Shown: positions 49,141-63,260, counted from the first letter of the stretch. The stretch is 64,000 bases of DNA from Octopus bimaculoides (GCF_001194135.2 NC_068981.1:47351486-47415485), one strand, 5' to 3'. Translations and numbers: made by a program. Notes: generated from the sequence alone by a model not told the origin.

Positions 49141-49544
49141 TGCCTTCAACAGGTTCAAAATAAATTAAATGTCAGTGTAATTCATTTTTTAGTTCATATA
49201 AAGGACTGGTAACTCAGCAGAAATGTAATAGAGAGGTGAGTTCTTAACTTTTGTATACGATTGCCACAATCCATCACTAAGGTAAACATAGCTGACGTAA
49301 TTCATCACCACGGTCAACGTAATACTCCGTTTTTCTTTTCTACGTTCTGTTTACACATTTTGTGATAACATAGTTTGTGGGTTAGGTATTTCCGTCAGTG
49401 CCATCGCCGGCACTTGAAATCATATGATTGCTTAAAAAATAGGATAGTAGCAACCTTAAACAGGGATCTACGAACGGATGCTCATAAGCTTTACTTATAC
49501 ATTTTTGAACATTAGTTTTATGAAAAAAAAAGGTGTGGCGAGCT

Positions 49545-49740
49545 GACAGAAATGTGAACACGTCGGAAAAAATGCTTAGCAGCATTTTGTCCTTCTACTT
49601 TCTATGTTCAAATTCTGCTGAAGTTGACTTTGCCTTTCATCATTTGGAGGTTGATGAAATAAATACTAGTTCAGCAATAGGGTCGATGTAAATGACTTAC
49701 CCTATCACACAAAATTGCTGGTCTTTTTCAAAATGTTGAC
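49545..49740 (+). mobile_element. tRNA-derived SINE (20585 family)
   Basis: GGCGAGCTGACAGAAA..GTTCAAATT..GTTGACTTTGCCTTTCATC. Confidence 0.7.
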
Positions 49741-50479
49741 ACCATTAAGATGTGTATGGTTTATCTGAAAAAAAAAACCATCATATCCGACGAAACATAT
49801 TCTTACGAGATATTAACCAGCTTGTAGCAACGTGTCTATCAGTATGATTCGGACATACCATCACAATTTAATTTACTTGGCCTGTATATCCAAATAATAT
49901 TTGTAGGTGAAACTGTAATTAAGTGGTCCGTGTAAAAAATATGTTGCTTTCTTTTTAATATACTTACTTATGTCTGTTTGGCTTGTAATTTTCTCTTTGT
50001 TCGAATATTTTAATATTGTTTGAACGGTGTATAAAGCTTTTTACTTCTCTGTGGAGTAGTCAAATGTGAAGATAAACATATTAGACGAGACATACTGCGA
50101 ATATTATTAAAATAATAGCTACAGTTTACATGCTTATATGCAGATTTGGATGCTTCTGTTGCATATTCTATCGAAAAACTACACTACACACACACATACA
50201 CACACACACACACACCCACACATATATCAGAGTGTGTATAGAGTGTTGCAAAATATGAATAGACACATTCAGCGATTATAAAGTTAGAGTTTAGTAAAAT
50301 ACATTTAATTCTCAGAATTTAATTAAAACTACAGCAGACTCACTTCTATACTTTTATTAACGTCTCTTCGGTATTTCTTCCCATTCTCGTTAAATATATG
50401 CCCTCAATTCGTCCATTGTTGCCTGGTGTGTACACTAAAATTAGTATTATATCCGCAAAAAAAAATAAATGAATGTGTC

Positions 50480-51250
50480 CTGTGTCATCTATTGAATATG
50501 GAGAGTATTCTATCAATTCCTATCGTCCAGTTACCCTGTTTCACGAAGACTCATATAAGAAAGCCTTTACATTAGTAAAGTTGGGGTGCCCCATCATGCT
50601 GAAAATAATACTCCAGATGTTCTTGAAGGCATGACATGGTAAATTGTTGCAGCATGTTCGAGAATATGGGAGCAGTAAAATAAGAATGACACAATTTATC
50701 TGTTAAAGATAAACCGGATCATGCAGTAACTTTTGTTCAACTACCATTAAGATATAGATATAAGTTCTCGTATCCCCAGTAGGTAAAATTGGGATTGTTA
50801 ACTGGGCCATTTAATTTAGATATAGATTTATCACTACAAACATCCTTCGATTAGAAAGTGTGCATCTCCAACACCTCATATCAAGTACCACTTACAAATC
50901 TCCACTCTCCTGTGGAGATCATCTTACATAGGAGCTCTCTTCTTCCAGATCATATTTATTGAGAGCATAAACTCTTCTTGGAATCTAACTTTCCCAATGT
51001 CAGTACTCAATGTCAGTACTCAAACAGATATTTCGGAATTCAAGCAAAACGGTTATGGTGGCTTTTCTTCCCTTGTGCGCTGGTCGATATCCATGGTCTT
51101 CCGAAATGCCTGTTGCGGACATCATGAACAAGTCTTCCTGCTCCGAAGGGCTGTCTCTGTTTCAAGAAATGCTACGAGACTGGTCTGAAAATTCATAGGC
51201 TGTCTCTGATGGTGTAACGCTACAGCTGTGAAATTTTGCATGCATTAAAT
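50480..51250 (-). mobile_element. Degenerate Tc1/mariner-superfamily transposase
   Basis: NMLQQF..L..YYFQHDGAP..KGFL..W.IG on the minus strand. Confidence 0.6.
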
Positions 51251-51519
51251 TCGAAACTTATTAGTAACATGGACAATAGATCTGTTTAGAAAATTTCCAC
51301 TAGGCAGTTTATTTAGCTTCCGTTTTACAGTGTCAACAGATGCAATATATACTGATATTAGTATGCTGGTCAGAATGAATAACTATCAATCAGACCTTTT
51401 CCCTATATGTTCACCCTTCTCTTCTTTTCCGTATCTACTGACGTGTTAGGTACTACTGAGGAAACCGGAGACTTTGAATGGCAATCTTATTGAACTAATA
51501 TGCAGAACATTTGTGTTAG

Positions 51520-52150
51520 CTCATGCGGATTATGAAATAATCATAGACATGGATAACAAGAACCTTGAGGCACAGCTCGAGGAGCTTCAGGTCTGGCAAG
51601 CGACCGGATAGCAATATTGTCGGTTCCATATAAACTGAACTGGAACGGAATTGTCCTCAGCTAAGGAAGTTTGAATTCCGCAGAGAGTGACCAAACGATA
51701 CTGCAAGCGATCGGCCAGTGCCTGAGCATTGGCAACTTGTAGAGTTATACCTAACACATACTATAACATATGCATCGGATATCCACAATGAATCCAATAA
51801 GAAAATCGCTCTTTTCACCGGGGAGGGCAATCTTCATAAGTCACGTAGCTGTAACAGGAGCTCGTGTGATGAACAAGATTGAAAGAAGTCAAGGCAAATG
51901 CCTTCCACTATGGACAAGTCCTGCTGAGTGTTTTCGAGTTTCACTTGAAAAGGTAAGTGAAGATGGAGAGTGAGTTTCTGCTCCACTTCCCGCATCACAG
52001 TAAACATGTAGAACAATGTATGAGTGTGGCGAGCAAGGTTCGAGTGAATGGGCCTGTTCTGAGTATGTGTCTGAAGACTGGAGGAATAATCATCTGAGAG
52101 AACACTTGTCCAAGTGGTCAGAGTGATTATGATCTGGTAAGGTCCTTACG
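51520..52150 (-). mobile_element. Degenerate CR1/L2/Jockey-type RT fragment
   Basis: ICLDFFQS.SHELLLQL and AVPQGS resemble YLDFSKAFD.V.H..LL and GVPQGS. Confidence 0.45.
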
Positions 52151-52214
52151 AGTACCCCTCAGAAGACAATCATTGAAGTTTTTTTCTTTTTCTACTCCTT
52201 TCCCTTATAAAAAC

Positions 52215-52250
<36 letters not shown>

Positions 52251-52584
52251 CGGTAGATAATAGTCTACTACTGTTCTCTACTGTCAGCAATTAAAGAAAA
52301 TATCATTTGTAAAATTATTGAGTAAGTTGAAGCAATAATCCCTCTTGGTTACAAAGGGATTACAAAAAACTAGACTATATTTGTTATTATTTCTTTTTTC
52401 TAAAATAAAATCCAACAAACATCGATGAAATGAATTGATTTTCAAGATAAACAGGTCGGTTACTATGAGGATTTGAACTCTGAATTCATTTACTAAACAT
52501 ATAGCCTCCACGTATTTTTTATTACCCATTCTCCTATATGTAGCTATACCTGGAATAAAATATGTTTACGCTTAAGGGAGACTA

Positions 52585-52785
52585 AAAGAAAGAGAGAAGT
52601 GAGTGAGGAAGGACGAGAATGTGGACAGTGTACTTGAGTGTGTGAATATCATTTGCATTATATGTATCATAGTGAAATGAGGGTTCATCTAAATAACTTT
52701 CGTTTGCATTTTACCCGAGTTTAGCTTCGCTCATTAATTCTGGGTATTCATTGACAACAGAGCCAAAGTTGTACTGAATAAAACC
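52585..52785. repeat. Direct duplication with 54745-54943
   Basis: CATTA(T/C)ATGTATC(A/C)TAGTGAAA(T/C)GAG(G/T)GTTCATCTAAATA..TACTGAATAAAACC is shared. Confidence 0.75.
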
Positions 52786-53480
52786 CAGTTATCAGAAGCG
52801 TACTGCCTTTGAGTGAAATCTCACCCTTTTGAAAGCTTACTTATATTTCGAAGGACATTGTAGCTTAACTCCTTGCAAATCATTGAATCTCATCTTTTTA
52901 CAAGGAAAATCTCTTTTTGATAATGAACGCGACATATATACGCTTTCAGCTGTTGTGTATACTGTATATATCTTACCATCCCTAATGTTTTCATATTTAG
53001 TTTGATGTAGATCAACAATAGCTATATTTTTTTTTCTCTCTCAAAGATCGATTGCGTACATTACGGTGAGTACTACGTTATATGTATATCCATTTTAAAA
53101 CCGATAAATCTATAGAAACAATGACTGCATTCACTATACTATTGATTCACTTTTACTTAACTGAATTACGTTTGCTCCAATAGTAAAATAATAAACTTGA
53201 ACGGTAATCATTCGTAATGTTCTTTTCATTGCATTCTACTTTCTCCTTTCCAAATAATACATATATTGCTTTAGATACATTTATATTTTCCAAAACTTTA
53301 CTCTTACTGTTTGATGTATAACTTCTGAGGATCGTTTGAATGTTTGACTATTGCTTTCAGCAAATTTAATAAAACATTTGCCAACAGTTGCTTAAAGTTT
53401 ACCTGCTATTTTTTTTTTATTATTTCATTTATTATTCAGTACTTGTTTCTAAGTTTAACCTTTTGAACTAGCGAATACGA

Positions 53481-53645
53481 TTTAGCGGGCACGATTTCGT
53501 TTGCGGGTACTTATGAAGCATTGCTTTCTGCTTATGGTTGAATACGACAATTTTTCTGTCCATTGACGAACCGAAAACGCAAAACTACGTTTGCACATGT
53601 TTGTGCGTCTTGCAAGGATATATTTAAAAAAATGCGCCCGCTAAA
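53481..53645. repeat. 165-bp element with 12-bp terminal inverted repeats (MITE-like)
   Basis: TTTAGCGGGCAC ... GCGCCCGCTAAA (1 mismatch); no clear TSD. Confidence 0.45.
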
Positions 53646-54944
53646 GCTTAACAGCAGTTTCAGTGTCTTATGTTAAACCCAACAATGAAACTGTTTAAAC
53701 TTTAAATGGTATATGAAATTATTCACTGTACTATTGTCAATCGAAGAGTTGAAAGAATAAGCAAAGCTCACAATTGCTGATAGAAAATTTTCGTCATTCG
53801 CCCAGAAAATATATTTGCCTCAACTGAAATTTATAATGCAGAAATTGCATAGTTTGACAAAGCAATTAATTTTTAGGAACGGGTATCCCATCGGGCAGGA
53901 AAAAGGAGAGTATATTAGTTACAAAAACAAACATTTATGTCGGCTGTCCCGATAGTACATACGCATAATCACTAAATATAAGCTTTTTCTTTTACTTCCA
54001 AAAAGATGCTGCTTTAACACAAGTAGAATAGCATTAAAATATTCACTCAATCATATCCTTTCAAATTGATAGAATGTATATAATATTGACCTACGCACTG
54101 ATAACAACAAGACAAATTGATTTTGATCATACCAATTTATATTGACGACTGGTGTAAGCCCCTTAAATGTGGAAGATCTAAAGGTAAATTGTTATATTCC
54201 CAGTGAAGAATAAGTGGGAATGTGTTTAACTTTGTATTGCAAACATTTTATTTTTATTTCCGCGTTAATTAATAGACTCTCCCTAGGTAAACATTACATA
54301 ATTCTACATTTCCAAACAGTGTGCCGCCTAAGAGACTATTGATAATGACCTATCCCCCACTCTCTAATAAAAAAAAAAAAAAAAANNNNNNNNNNNNNNN
54401 NNNNNNNNNNNNNNNNNNNNNNNNNNNNNNNNNNNNNNNNNNNNNNNNNNNNNNNNNNNNNNNNNNNNNNNNNNNNNNNNNNNNNAACTCAGGTTTCAAT
54501 ACATTTATAAATACCAAGTCGAATCTGAAAATATTTATGACGGCTTGGCAGAGGAGCTAAGTTCCTGGCGTCTGCCTTTGGAAATGCGGCCGCCACACAA
54601 TCTTTTCCCCATATGCACTAGAAATAGAATTTCTTGCTCTCCCAAGAATGCTTGCAAAATTGTTTTGTGTGTTTAAGACGAAGAGAAAAAGTAAAATAGA
54701 GAGAGAAGGAGCGAAATACGGAGAGAGAGAGAGGAGAGAGAAAGAGAAAATGAGATTGATAAAGAAAGGGGAAATAGTGAGTGTATATGTGTTTGTGAAC
54801 ATCATTATCATTACATGTATCCTAGTGAAACGAGTGTTCATCTAAATACCTCTTTTCTTTTTCATTCTTCTCGGGTTTTACTTTCGCTCATTTATTCCGC
54901 GTATTTATTCACAACATAGTCAAAGTCCATACTGAATAAAACCT

Positions 54945-57900
54945 ACGGTCTTTGTCGTTCTATTCCGCCACTAGTTCTTTGCAGAACATCATGGTGAAAC
55001 ATCCACCCATAGCTATGCCTGACTGGTTGAAGGTTCTGAGTATCTAACAATACTGATGTCGTACGGTGCCGTTCTTCGGTCCTTCCTTCACCCAGGACTG
55101 CGGCGCAGTCAAAGAGACAAACGGCGACCACACATGGCCACCATTGAAGAAACGCTGAAGAATAAGGAAACTGAGCATATCATTAGCCAGGACGTTTGAA
55201 GTCCCTCACTCAGCGGATGGTGATAGAAAATATTGGAAAACATCCTCTCCCGTGCAAAGGATTCAATCGGTTCATTTATGTAGTTGGACAAGGTACAATT
55301 GTCGTGCATTGTCACAACGTTCAGATTGTAATATATGACGGATATAATGTAAGCATACACTAGCCTGCACAGTCCATCAGGAATAATTTAATTTTACTCC
55401 ATATCTGGATGAGGATAAGCGCACTGCCCGTCACTGCTTCCCATTACTTGTCTCCATCCAAGTCATAATCAAACCGAATCCTAAGCATTTTCACTGCTCC
55501 GTCCCCCCAGAACACCGGGGCGCTGATGGATAGGATGGCGATAATTCTCCCGATGCGAAGCTACGGTTCCCCAAATACTGTTTTATTTCTACTCCTGACA
55601 TCTCGAGTTGTGTTGATTACCTCTTTATATTACATGTCAGAAATTATTATGTTGATGTGGTTCGTATATGTAAACACGAATCCTCCACACCTTCATTCTC
55701 GAGGATGATCCTAGAAACATCCAGCTTCGGCAGTAGTAGTTCTAGACTGAGTACGTACAGAAGTGGAGGAAGGGGACATTCTGGACGGACGGAGCACGTG
55801 AAGCTAAACGGTTTCGAAAAGTGGTCACCGAGTAAATGCTGCTGTTTATTGTAGCTACCCAGTTTCTGTAAACGGTTCCGAAATCACACACATTCAGGAC
55901 CACCGGTAAGTATTGATCGTCGACCTTATAAATTGATCTTGACTGATCAGAGCCCTACTCACTCCGCTTTATTTAATTACTTTTTTTATAGTGTGACATG
56001 TGATATGTATGACATTGGGGATAAATCTGTTTGGTAAGGCCAGTACCTCTGCCTCACATACTGCCAGACTATCTACTAACACTATACTAAAATCTTCAAC
56101 TCTGCATTTAGCAGGATTATCTGCCTGATTTTTTTTTTAAATCAACCCACCTTGGTCGGGACCTTTCTCAGCAGCAGCACTTACATTTCTTTTCGGGTCA
56201 TATACAGTGACTAATTTAAAGGTTGCACCTTCACTACTGTTCTCTTCCAAGACCACCAACTTTCCGTCTGAGTCCAGAAGATTCTGGGACAGCACTACCA
56301 CACAACCTTCATTCTGGATCCAGTTACGGATGCAATGTATTTAAATCGTCAAAATGGGTGCTAAGCCGTGTGTGTCAGAAGGTTTGGTAATGTTGACAAC
56401 TTTCACATTCAAATCTAGCAAAATGAGGACATTGAGCAGGTGTCATTGCTTCCAAAAAATTCCCAGGTCACGTGCATGCTACCTTCCAAGTTGTTCAGAC
56501 ATTAAAAAGAAAGGAAATGAGTTACTCCTCTGTCTCGTGGTCGCAGGGGCGGGATAACTCGGTCTGCATGGGATTTCGGGTTCCCTTGGGGGAATCATTT
56601 AAGAGCCTACTGCTGAACGGTACGTTCGGATTTTACACATCCTTAGGGAAATCTTCCCTCAAAATTCTGTCTCTAGGTTGAGACTTAATGTTTTCAAGTT
56701 ATATTTGGTAACTTAAAAATGCTGAATCTGAACACCTCTCACTGTTTTTAAGTTCTCATCTTAAGGATGAAGGAGACACATTATTTCGTTTCTACTACGT
56801 ATTGCGTTTTCCTGGTGTTCAAATTGTGTGCCTATCTATTTGTGAAACTCTTCTCAGCCGACTTTTTGTTGAGTTTGTAGTTGCAGTAGTTCTTGATGGT
56901 AGAGTTGTTTCATGGATATATCTGTGTTTGATCTGACTGGTTTCATTGGTAATTTTGAGAATATATGGTGTCTTTTTATAGATTTTTCTTTTCTTCCTTT
57001 CTTTTTTATCTTTTAGGTTTTATCTCCTTGCCAGATGGAACTCCCACGTCGCAAGGATCTAATGAGAATAGGTACGGAGGAGGACGTTCGTTTGCGCACG
57101 CGCATGTATGTGTGTGTGTGCGTGTGTGCGTCTGTGTGTTTGTGTGAAAGAAGCTGAGAAGATATAATAATAGAGACGGATTTAAGTTGGGTAAATTCCT
57201 TGGTGATAGCTCCTGCTTTTGTGAAGTATATTGTAGATATTGCAGGTCAAGTTGTTTCTATTGTTGTTGGCAGTGCTAGTATTACTGTTTACTTGTTCCC
57301 ATTTTTGTTATTGCGGTTGCAGCTACATTAATTCAGTGATGGTGTAGTTGGCAGTTCTGGGGTGTTGACAGTTCTGAGGGAATCTTTTCTCACCTGTTTT
57401 TCTTTTATTTATTTATCTATTTGTTTATTTTGCTGAGGGCAGAATATTTTCAACAATCTTCTGTACTACATAATTACCATCATCTCTTTCCGCCATGAAC
57501 TACAACTCGCAGCTCCACTCTATTGGACAGGTGGATTTGGGCTGCGAACATGTCCACTTACTCCAGTTTGATCTGGAGGAGGATCTCCACTGTGATCCCA
57601 AACAAATATCCCTTTACATTCATTTCTCCTATGGAGAGTTTTACTCCAGTCTAGTGTGATACATACTAGCAATTACAAGATGTCCAACTCAGAGGCAAAT
57701 CATTCTATGTGAAGCTGACAAATCTTTCTCCCTAAATATGTGGGGTGTAGGGTGAATTTCTTGCCATGTATATGATGTATATGAACTATGGTGTGCTTCA
57801 AAGCAAATTCCTTGATCTTGAAGATGGACTACACGATACTGAACTATCTTGCTTTCGATACATACTTCATATTTATCCCATATTTCTTTGTATGCTATTT

Positions 57901-58500
57901 TCCATCTGTACTTCCGCTTCCTATCTTCACATTTTAAGCCGTTTTCCCGGCAGTTGCTACCAATATCTCAGCTGGGATGTCGACTTCTGCTCCCCTGCGA
58001 TTTAATTTTACATGGCGTTCATAACCTCTCATTGAATGTGAAAATTGCATTACTTCCTCCGCCACTCCAAGCAAATATTTTATGCTCATGGTGTATTCCT
58101 AATCCCTATTTTTGTTTTCATTTCCCGTGTTGACATCGCTAATGTTGTTGCTGCTGTTGAAATTGTTCTTGAATTTGTCGTCGCAGATGTTATTGCTGCT
58201 GTTGTTGATGCTGTTGTTGCTGCTGTTGCTGCTCATGTTACCTCTCCTATTTTGCTACTGCTTCCCTTGTAGCAGTTCCAGTTGTCGCCGCTTGTGGTGT
58301 TGTTGTTACTGTTGTACGTATCATTTGCAGTTGTATTAATTTTATTTTGAACTGGTCTGGGTGTTATTTTCTCCTCCCCTTCCAAGAATAGAAAGCTCTC
58401 TTCGCTAGCATTAATCGTAATTATGTTGCTCTTATCGAGTCTCTGCACTCTAATAAAGCTAGTAGCGATGTGAGACTGTATTCACACATAAACCGTTTGT
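54945..58500 (-). mobile_element. Old, heavily degraded Tx1/L1-clade LINE (ORF1, APE, RT, C-terminal region in order)
   Basis: LHPTYLGRK (ORF1, cf. LLPVYMGRR at 28090), DSDGKLVVLE..FKLVTVY (APE), FSKPF..SVR..CPL.PLLYVLSLE.LL (RT), LQRFFNGGHVWSPFV. Confidence 0.7.
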
Positions 58501-58568
58501 AAGCGTGAAACCAGCCATAATTTTTAACGAAAAAAAAAAAAAAAGAGATCGAAAAAAGAGGATATCTG

Positions 58569-59120
58569 AATGCAGTACGAGGATGCCCAGAGGCAGTACC
58601 AGGATGCCCAGATGCAGTACCAGGACGTCCGAATGTAGTACCAGGATGCCCGGATGCAGTACCAGGCAGTGGCTCTCATGGCTTCTGATCTTAATTGACT
58701 GGAAGTGTTATCATGTGCACTGATTTGTCTTGGTATAAAAAAATGGGCTACAGGAAATATAGTGCTTAATACCACAGATTTGCTTGTCAGTTGTTTGACT
58801 ATAACCAATTCAGCATGTCCCTTGGAGGCTGACGATATGTGCCTCTCTGAACACCAGCAGAAGTAATGGGGGAGCATCATATGCCCGGATGCAGTACCAG
58901 GCAGTGGCTCCCATGACTTCTGATCGTAATTGATTGGAAGTGTTATCATGTACATTGTTTTGTCTGAGTATAAAAGATGCGCTACAGCAAATATTCTGCT
59001 TAATACCACCGATTTGCTTGTCAGTTGTTTGAGCTTAACCAATTTAGCATGTCCCTTGGTGGCTGACGATATGTGCATCTCTGATCATGAGCAGAAGTAG
59101 TTGGGGAGTGAAAGCACATG
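58569..59120 (+). repeat. About 4.6 x 21-bp tandem array followed by a head-to-tail dimer (~235-bp units) of the ATGCCCGGATGCAGTACCAGG family
   Basis: Unit ATGCAGTACCAGGATGCCC(A/G)G; dimer junction at 58880/58881. Confidence 0.88.
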
Positions 59121-59159
59121 ATAAAAATAACACTACTAGTTGTAATTATAATAATAATG

Positions 59160-59250
59160 ATGAGGCTCATGGTGCTGATGATGATAATGATGACGACGAC
59201 GACCACGATGATGATGATGATGATGATGACGATGACGATGATGACGATAA
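59160..59250. repeat. (GAT/GAC)n microsatellite
   Basis: Direct reading; source of the poly-Asp ORF. Confidence 0.95.
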
Positions 59251-59843
59251 TCTATGTCATTTAGTATCTAATAAATGTCATTGTTATGAAATCACAGTAA
59301 AAAAATTGTGAGAAAGAAAATCAGTGAATGATTAAAAAGTCAATTCTCGCTTTGATCCAAGATTTTGATTGCTGAAAAATAATAGAAAGATTTTGATTGT
59401 ATATATGTACGCACAAATGCAGTAATATTAAAATTCACACGTTTTCTACACGTGGAAACGTTCTTAAAATCTGACAGTTTTGCTCAACGTATGCAAAAAA
59501 ATTTGTTTTATGCGTAACATTATTTGTATTTTGATGAACTGTCGTTAAGAATATAAGATGGTAAAATTTCTTGTCTTTTTTATGTATTTTATATTAGTAA
59601 GAAAACGTGTTACTTTAATGTGAAAGATTATACTTTGTGTATGTGTGAACACATACAACTCTCATCCACTAAGTGTATATATTTACATACGTCTATAATA
59701 TATACACATGCATTAATGTGTGTTATATACTTATCTAGTTTTGCATACATATATACATAGATATTTATATATCCATGTAAATAGGTACGTATACATGCAT
59801 GTATACATACATACATATATGCATACATACATACATACTTATA

Positions 59844-59880
<37 letters not shown>

Positions 59881-59890
59881 NNNNNNNNNN

Positions 59891-59932
<42 letters not shown>

Positions 59933-60489
59933 CAAATACAAGAAGATATTATAATACTATATTTATGGCCATAGCATTTAAAACCATAAAGGTAAAATTA
60001 ATAATCTATGATACAATAGCGCACATGCAATTGCTAGAAATCAGAATGAAAAATATAACTCAAAGAGCCACACAACAAAAGCACCGACCTCATGAATTAT
60101 ACGGGACTACGAGCAGCGTGCCTCAACACCTCACTTAACTTATAGCAGGGAGATAAATTCACAGAATGAAGTACTTTGATGAAAAGCTATCACATGATTT
60201 CTAAATTTGATCACTATAGACTTGTTTCTCTTCAAGTGTTTCTACTATTACTCGGGATGAAAAACACAGCCTGCCTCACAGTAGCTCCTGAGAAAATATC
60301 ATTGAACGGCGAGCGCTAAAATTCTAAACGGTTAAAGTTTAGAAAAAAACACAAGTTATTACAATATTATATTAATATATTATGATACATTAAATACTTT
60401 ATAATATAGGTGGCTATAGCAATTGATACCAAAATGGTAAAATCAATAAATGAAGATGTAAAATTATACCTACAATTGCTAGAAATGAA

Positions 60490-60760
60490 AGTCACATAAG
60501 TACTATAGATATACGATTAAAATAGGATTCAGATAGAATCAGGCACCTGAAAATATATGCACAAGGTAGGGTTGGGTAAATTTGTGGCTCCAACCTGTGG
60601 TTGTGGCCTAAGACTTTAAGTATCAAATAGGAGATCCCGGTTGTGTAAACAGAGAAAACCAACCCTATGAGTTGGGGCACTCCCTTAGCGAGTGGCCCAA
60701 ACCACACCTTACTTTGAATTGTACGTTGTTGGTATACTCTAGGGTGTTCCACGAGTCATA
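60490..60760 (-). mobile_element. L2/CR1-type RT fragment
   Basis: SKVWFGPLAKGVPQ..LVFSVYTT..LI..QIY resembles S..L..GVPQGSVLGP.LFS.YT..YADDTQIY. Confidence 0.5.
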
Positions 60761-61060
60761 AATTCCCTTGGTGCATTATAATCAAAGGAATAATAACATT
60801 CGATGGATAATTGTCAGCTCATTACAGATTTTACTTAAGAATCAATTTTAATACAAGAATGAGAACATTACGCCATAAGAAGAAACCGATATCAACAGAT
60901 GAAAAGTAATTTTACAAACAAAATAATATCCTAAGAGTACAAAAGAGATGGAGCTGAAGTCTGCCTAGGCCAACAATGAAATGGGAACATGTTGGTCATT
61001 AAAAATAATAGGTTACAAACAGCCGTAATATATGAATACACTTAGGAATACCCATATAAA

Positions 61061-61125
<65 letters not shown>

Positions 61126-61236
61126 ATATTTATATGTCTATCTATTTACAAACACACACACACACACGCATGTATATATCGAACATCGTAGTGCGTTTCA
61201 TATTGTCGACGAGAGATAAAGAATAACCTGTAACAG

Positions 61237-61455
61237 TGTTATAACAATAGAAAATAGAAACAGTGGTGATAACAAACACGCAACGAACCTACAATATTTC
61301 AAGAACCAACAATCAATATTTCGATCACACTAACTCGAAATGTAAACTGTACCTGAACTTCTAAGACGAAACTACGAAATCACCGACTACGTCTGACCGC
61401 TGCTATTTATTTGTAGTCTATGCAAGTCAGAATATATTGTACTCTCGTCAGAACA
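61237..61455 (-). repeat. 3' LTR of the Gypsy element
   Basis: TGTT..AACA termini, with a polypurine tract AAAGGGGAGA (61456-61465, minus strand) immediately adjacent. Confidence 0.65.
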
Positions 61456-63085
61456 TCTCCCCTTTAGAGATTTTAAATTCTTATAGAATTCGTTATGGCA
61501 GTGATATTAATACCGCTAATTACAAGACTTATTACGAAAAATATTATGTATCAAACGCGGGGAAGTTCCATTAGCAATCAACTAAATAAATAGCTATCTT
61601 AGTAATCAATTGTCCTTCACTCATTAATTTTTCCGCATCATCATCATTCATCATCATTCAAACTTCGTGACTTTCGACTTATTACTTTTTCCGTATACTT
61701 TTGCTTCGGCTTTATCTGAAGGTGCTCGGTCTGCTTCCGGTTTCTCATGCTGGTTATACGGGACTCCATTACTTTCGGAGCTGGAACATCGAATACAAAA
61801 AATATACTTCCATAGGAAAGCCTCTCCGTTCTTCAGTATGTCGCTTCTTTAGCTGATGAATGTGTCTTTTATGTTCCCTGCGTAGTCCTTTAATTAAATC
61901 CATCACACTTATTATTTCTTTTTGTTAAAAGGCCATCTTCACAGCCTTCCTTACTATTTTTTGTAGGCATTGAAATCTAATCCCTTGTTTCGAAATATTT
62001 CGTTGCAGCCTTCGTATTTCCTTTACATCTTTTTTCTCTGGCAATAAACTCCCCAAAATCGATTTTATTCTTCTCTCAAATATCAGCTCTGCAGGTGAAT
62101 TTCCCGAATTTCTACTAGGATTGGGGGTTACTCTATATACTTTGAAGAAATTTGTTAGTGCTTCGTCGTTATTCAATTCGTTCCTAGCTTTTCTTAAGGC
62201 TCCTTTGAACATGTCCACGAAACTTTCTACCTGACCATTTGATCTCGGTCGATAGGGTAGAGTGACAATATACTTTATCGCATGTATTTTACAGAAGTTC
62301 TTCATTTCAAGTCCCGAAAACTCTGTTCCATTATCAGAAACTACCGTGTCTGAAACGCCTTATCGCGCAAATAATTCTTATAGGATACTTATATCAGTCT
62401 GAGCGGTTGGTTTATTGCACCTGCATACCCCTGGCCACTTTCTACAGCTGTCTACCACGATTAGATAGTAAGGGCTGGCATAGTCGATAAGTAACCTAGA
62501 CCATGTATTCTCACTCTCTGGCCACGATTGATATTTCACCTACGAGTTTTTGACAGCGAACGCGCAACCTTAACAAGTTCTCACTAAATTTTCAATAACC
62601 TAGTCCATGTTCGGCTAATAAACATGGTTCATCATCAGAGCTTTCATCCTCGACACTCCCGGGTGTCCGCTGTGGATTTACTGCCATACACGTATTTGTA
62701 ATATATTTGGCACGACAACTCTTTGCGCATACATCAAAATATCGCTGCGTATTCAGAAGCTACTCGAATTTGTATTTTTATTCTGCTTATATTTTAAAGC
62801 TTCTTTCATTCTTGCAGTATACTCATCGCCTACAGATTTTATTCGTATATTCTGTGCAGTAACTGGCAATTCTTTGGATAACACTATTCATAATAGAGGT
62901 TCCGTATTTTGGGGAATTAATCTCGAGGGACAGTTTGCATGATCAATATTTTCGATGGAATATGCTGCATTTTAATTTTGTAATTTAGTAATATTATACC
63001 GCAACGTTCTAGTTGGATCGTTCTATGAGTAGGTAACCCTTTCTTTGATCCATAAATTGATTGCAATGGTCGATGTAACTTCCGG
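61237..63085 (-). mobile_element. 5'-truncated Ty3/Gypsy LTR retrotransposon (RNaseH-integrase, PPT, 3' LTR)
   Basis: VSDTVVSDNGTEF, PYRPRSNGQVESFV..FK.AL, YR.TP..SPAEL.F.R.I.S.L (integrase core). Confidence 0.88.
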
Positions 63086-63260
63086 AGATCACATGGAGGA
63101 ACGCACGCGCCATATTCGGGATCCGTCTTGAGATCGTACTGGAAGCTAAGGGCAGTTACTTTGATTTAACAGTTATTGCCCGGCCTTAATCTAGTTGATA
63201 TTTTTTGAATTTTTAAAATACCTTCATCCTTGGAAGGTGTTTTGTGTTTTATCTTGTATT
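63085..63260 (+). mobile_element. Short Tc1/mariner C-terminal remnant
   Basis: ..RLEIVLEAKGSYF resembles the RL.AVV.A.GG.IE transposase end. Confidence 0.35.

Noticed and set aside
52284-52529. ORF MGNKKYVEAIC..FFNC as the last exon of a CAP paralog
   Set aside because: The Cys spacing fits neither the CAP hinge nor ShKT, and no linked CAP exons are nearby.
58569-58665. CRISPR-like array
   Set aside because: The 21-bp units are contiguous with no unique spacers, the context is eukaryotic, and there are no cas genes.
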